Shown piece by piece: positions 20,661-22,689 of a DNA stretch of 22,689 bases. Origin of the DNA: Proteromonas lacertae. Lineage: Eukaryota. A program made the position numbers and the translations under genes. Below the pieces are notes generated by a model that saw nothing but the letters and a program-made list of their open reading frames with translations, had not been told where the DNA came from and did no database searches. Location of the stretch: contig NGBS01000873.1 in assembly GCA_002245135.1 (NCBI GenBank), positions 372,001 to 394,689 on the forward strand, written 5' to 3'. The first letter of the stretch is position 1; each line of letters starts with the position of its first letter.

Positions 20661-22689
20661 ATGGATTTTGATATATTAGAATTAGAAGCAGCTATACCGA
20701 AGGTAAAAAACCTTCTTTTGCGTAAAGTAAGAAAATTTAGAGCAAAAAAAGAGAAGAAAATAGCCATGCAAGCAGAAAAAGAGAGAATTAAGAAGTTAGC
20801 GAATAATAGACCAAGGCAGATTGTAATAAAAAAGAATTATGAACAAGTTATTGGATTATTAGAACATGATGTTGGAACGTATGATTTTTATTTTAGTTTC
20901 TTAGTCGTTTATCGTTGAGTCATGTTTTATCTGCTGATGGCTATAAGACTAAAGAATTTGCAGATGTAAAATCAATTTGATTACCTCAAAGACAATACAA
21001 TGGAATTAATTATCTGTGATTTAGTTATTCCTATTTTTTCAAATATTACAAATGGTCAAAAATTGTTGCAATGTATTAATTCAACAATGTCTAAAGAAAT
21101 GGGGCAGTTATATATGGATAAAAATGATACAATTCCAATAAGAGTTCCAGTTATAGTCACAATTGATAAAGATAAATTTGATTTACAACAGGAGTATATA
21201 ATAATATATATATACATATAGTATAATCCAAGATTGTCTTAAAATGGGAGTTACAGGATATGTAATAAAACCAATTGGTTTAAATTCACCAGTGATTAAA
21301 AAAATAGAAGAAATTATTAAATTAAATCATATTTCTGGTAAAGTTTATACATCTGTAATGTCTGTTGATTATAATATAGCAAGAGTATATATATATAATA
21401 ATAATTATTATTATTATTATAAACTAGAGTCATTTAGGAGATGATGAAGTAATAGAATATCAAGAAGAATTATTAAGAGCAGATGTAGATGTAAATAACC
21501 ATAGATTAGACGATATAAATAAAAAATATGTTGAAAATCGTGTATCTAAAATCTACAGAACATCAATAATACCTGAAGAGCAAAGTACTGGTAGAAAATC
21601 TTCACTTAGTGAAGGACCAAGGCCATATTCTACACCAAGCTTGACACATCAATCCTCTTTTATTGCTTCACCCAATAATGTTCCATTGAGAAGACTTTCA
21701 AGATGTTCCACTGCTAATCCATCAGCTATATTAACTCCAGATAAACGAGGAGAACAGGGTAGTAAATTCACATTCATGCCAATTGATAATAAAGGAGAAA
21801 TGGTAGATGAAGAACCAATATTAGCTGAATCTCCATTAACTAAAAAGAAGAAAGAAAAATTGAAGTTCCTGTTGCTCAAGCTACAATTATTAATCCAAAA
21901 GATGTTAGTAAAATCCTTAGACCAGGAGTTTCTCCTTATTTTCCAGCTGTAAAAGGTGATCCAGAAATTAAATTCAATAAAATTACCAACTATCAGCCAG
22001 TATTATTACAAAGTGATATAAGAGAATTAGAGTTTAGAAGATGTGCTGATACACCATCTGATGATTATTTAAGTAAAGGATATGAACAAATGAAGAAGAA
22101 TCAATTAAAAAGAGCAATTCAACTGTATAATAGAGGTATAAAATTAGTTCCAAAATTCAAAAATGGTGATCCAGTAACACCATCTGCTACAATTATATTT
22201 TGTAATTTATATTTTGCTAAATCAATGGCATTATTCAAAATGAGACAAATGGAAGAAGCAATTGCTGATATGACAACTTGTTTAAAATATCAACCCAATA
22301 ATGCAGCTGCTTTATATAATCGAGGTATTATGTATTCACATGTAGGTAAATTTAATGAGAGTATTGAAGATTTTACTATAGCAATACAGAATTCACCAGA
22401 TGACATTGATTGCTATAAGAATAGAGCTTTAGTATATAGAAGATTAGGTTTCTTTGTTGAAGCTCAGACTGATTATAATATTGCTAAACAATTACAAGGG
22501 AAAATTTGTACTATGAGTGATGTATATATTATTATATAATATTTTGTGTTTATATATATATAGTTGGTACAAAATTTGATTAGACAGAAAAGAGCAGAAA
22601 GAGAGAAGAAAGGAGATATTGAAGTATATGATGCAAGTGGTATAATATTATATATTATTATTATTATTTGAATAGTGAGTATTCATAGT
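20661..22689 (+). CDS. Response-regulator receiver (REC) domain + TPR-repeat protein; 3' end beyond the window; two apparent frameshifts
   Basis: Introns 20879-20904, 21194-21221, 21385-21427, 22522-22563, 22640-22675. REC pattern VIGLLEHD...LSHVLSADGY...ELIICDLVIP...NGQKLLQCI...VPVIVT...CLKMGVTGYVIKP. TPRs ALYNRGIMYSHVGKFNESIEDFTIAIQNSP and CYKNRALVYRRLGFFVEAQTDY. Frameshifts near 20978 and 21850. Confidence 0.8.

Overview
This is AT-rich, gene-dense eukaryotic nuclear DNA read with the standard code. It has many tiny GT-AG introns (most 26-38 nt) and GU-rich 3' motifs, including an exact TGTTTGTT, which suggests a Blastocystis-like stramenopile (inference). Splicing by hand gives 11 protein genes: a 5' fragment of a pseudokinase-LRR gene (minus, runs off the left edge); a Gly-Pro-x/Gly-Ala-Arg repeat coiled-coil protein; ER glucosidase I (GH63); a UBAC2/Dsc2-like UBA protein; a ~1309-aa casein kinase 1 fused to four FHA-like domains, two cyclic-nucleotide-binding domains and a CCaaX tail; a full pseudokinase-LRR gene that is a ~98% identical inverted copy of the first; lysyl-tRNA synthetase; a SHAQKYF-class MYB factor; a Qc-SNARE; a C2/Pro-rich protein; and a receiver-domain + TPR protein (runs off the right edge). 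Two box C/D snoRNA candidates missing from the ORF track lie in the one long intron (6567-6803) and in the 7112-7796 intergenic region. Genes from ~19050 to ~21860, plus one site near 14810, carry single-base frameshifts, mostly in homopolymer runs; these are most likely assembly errors. The most striking object is the putative cyclic-nucleotide-gated, lipid-anchored CK1-FHA fusion kinase.
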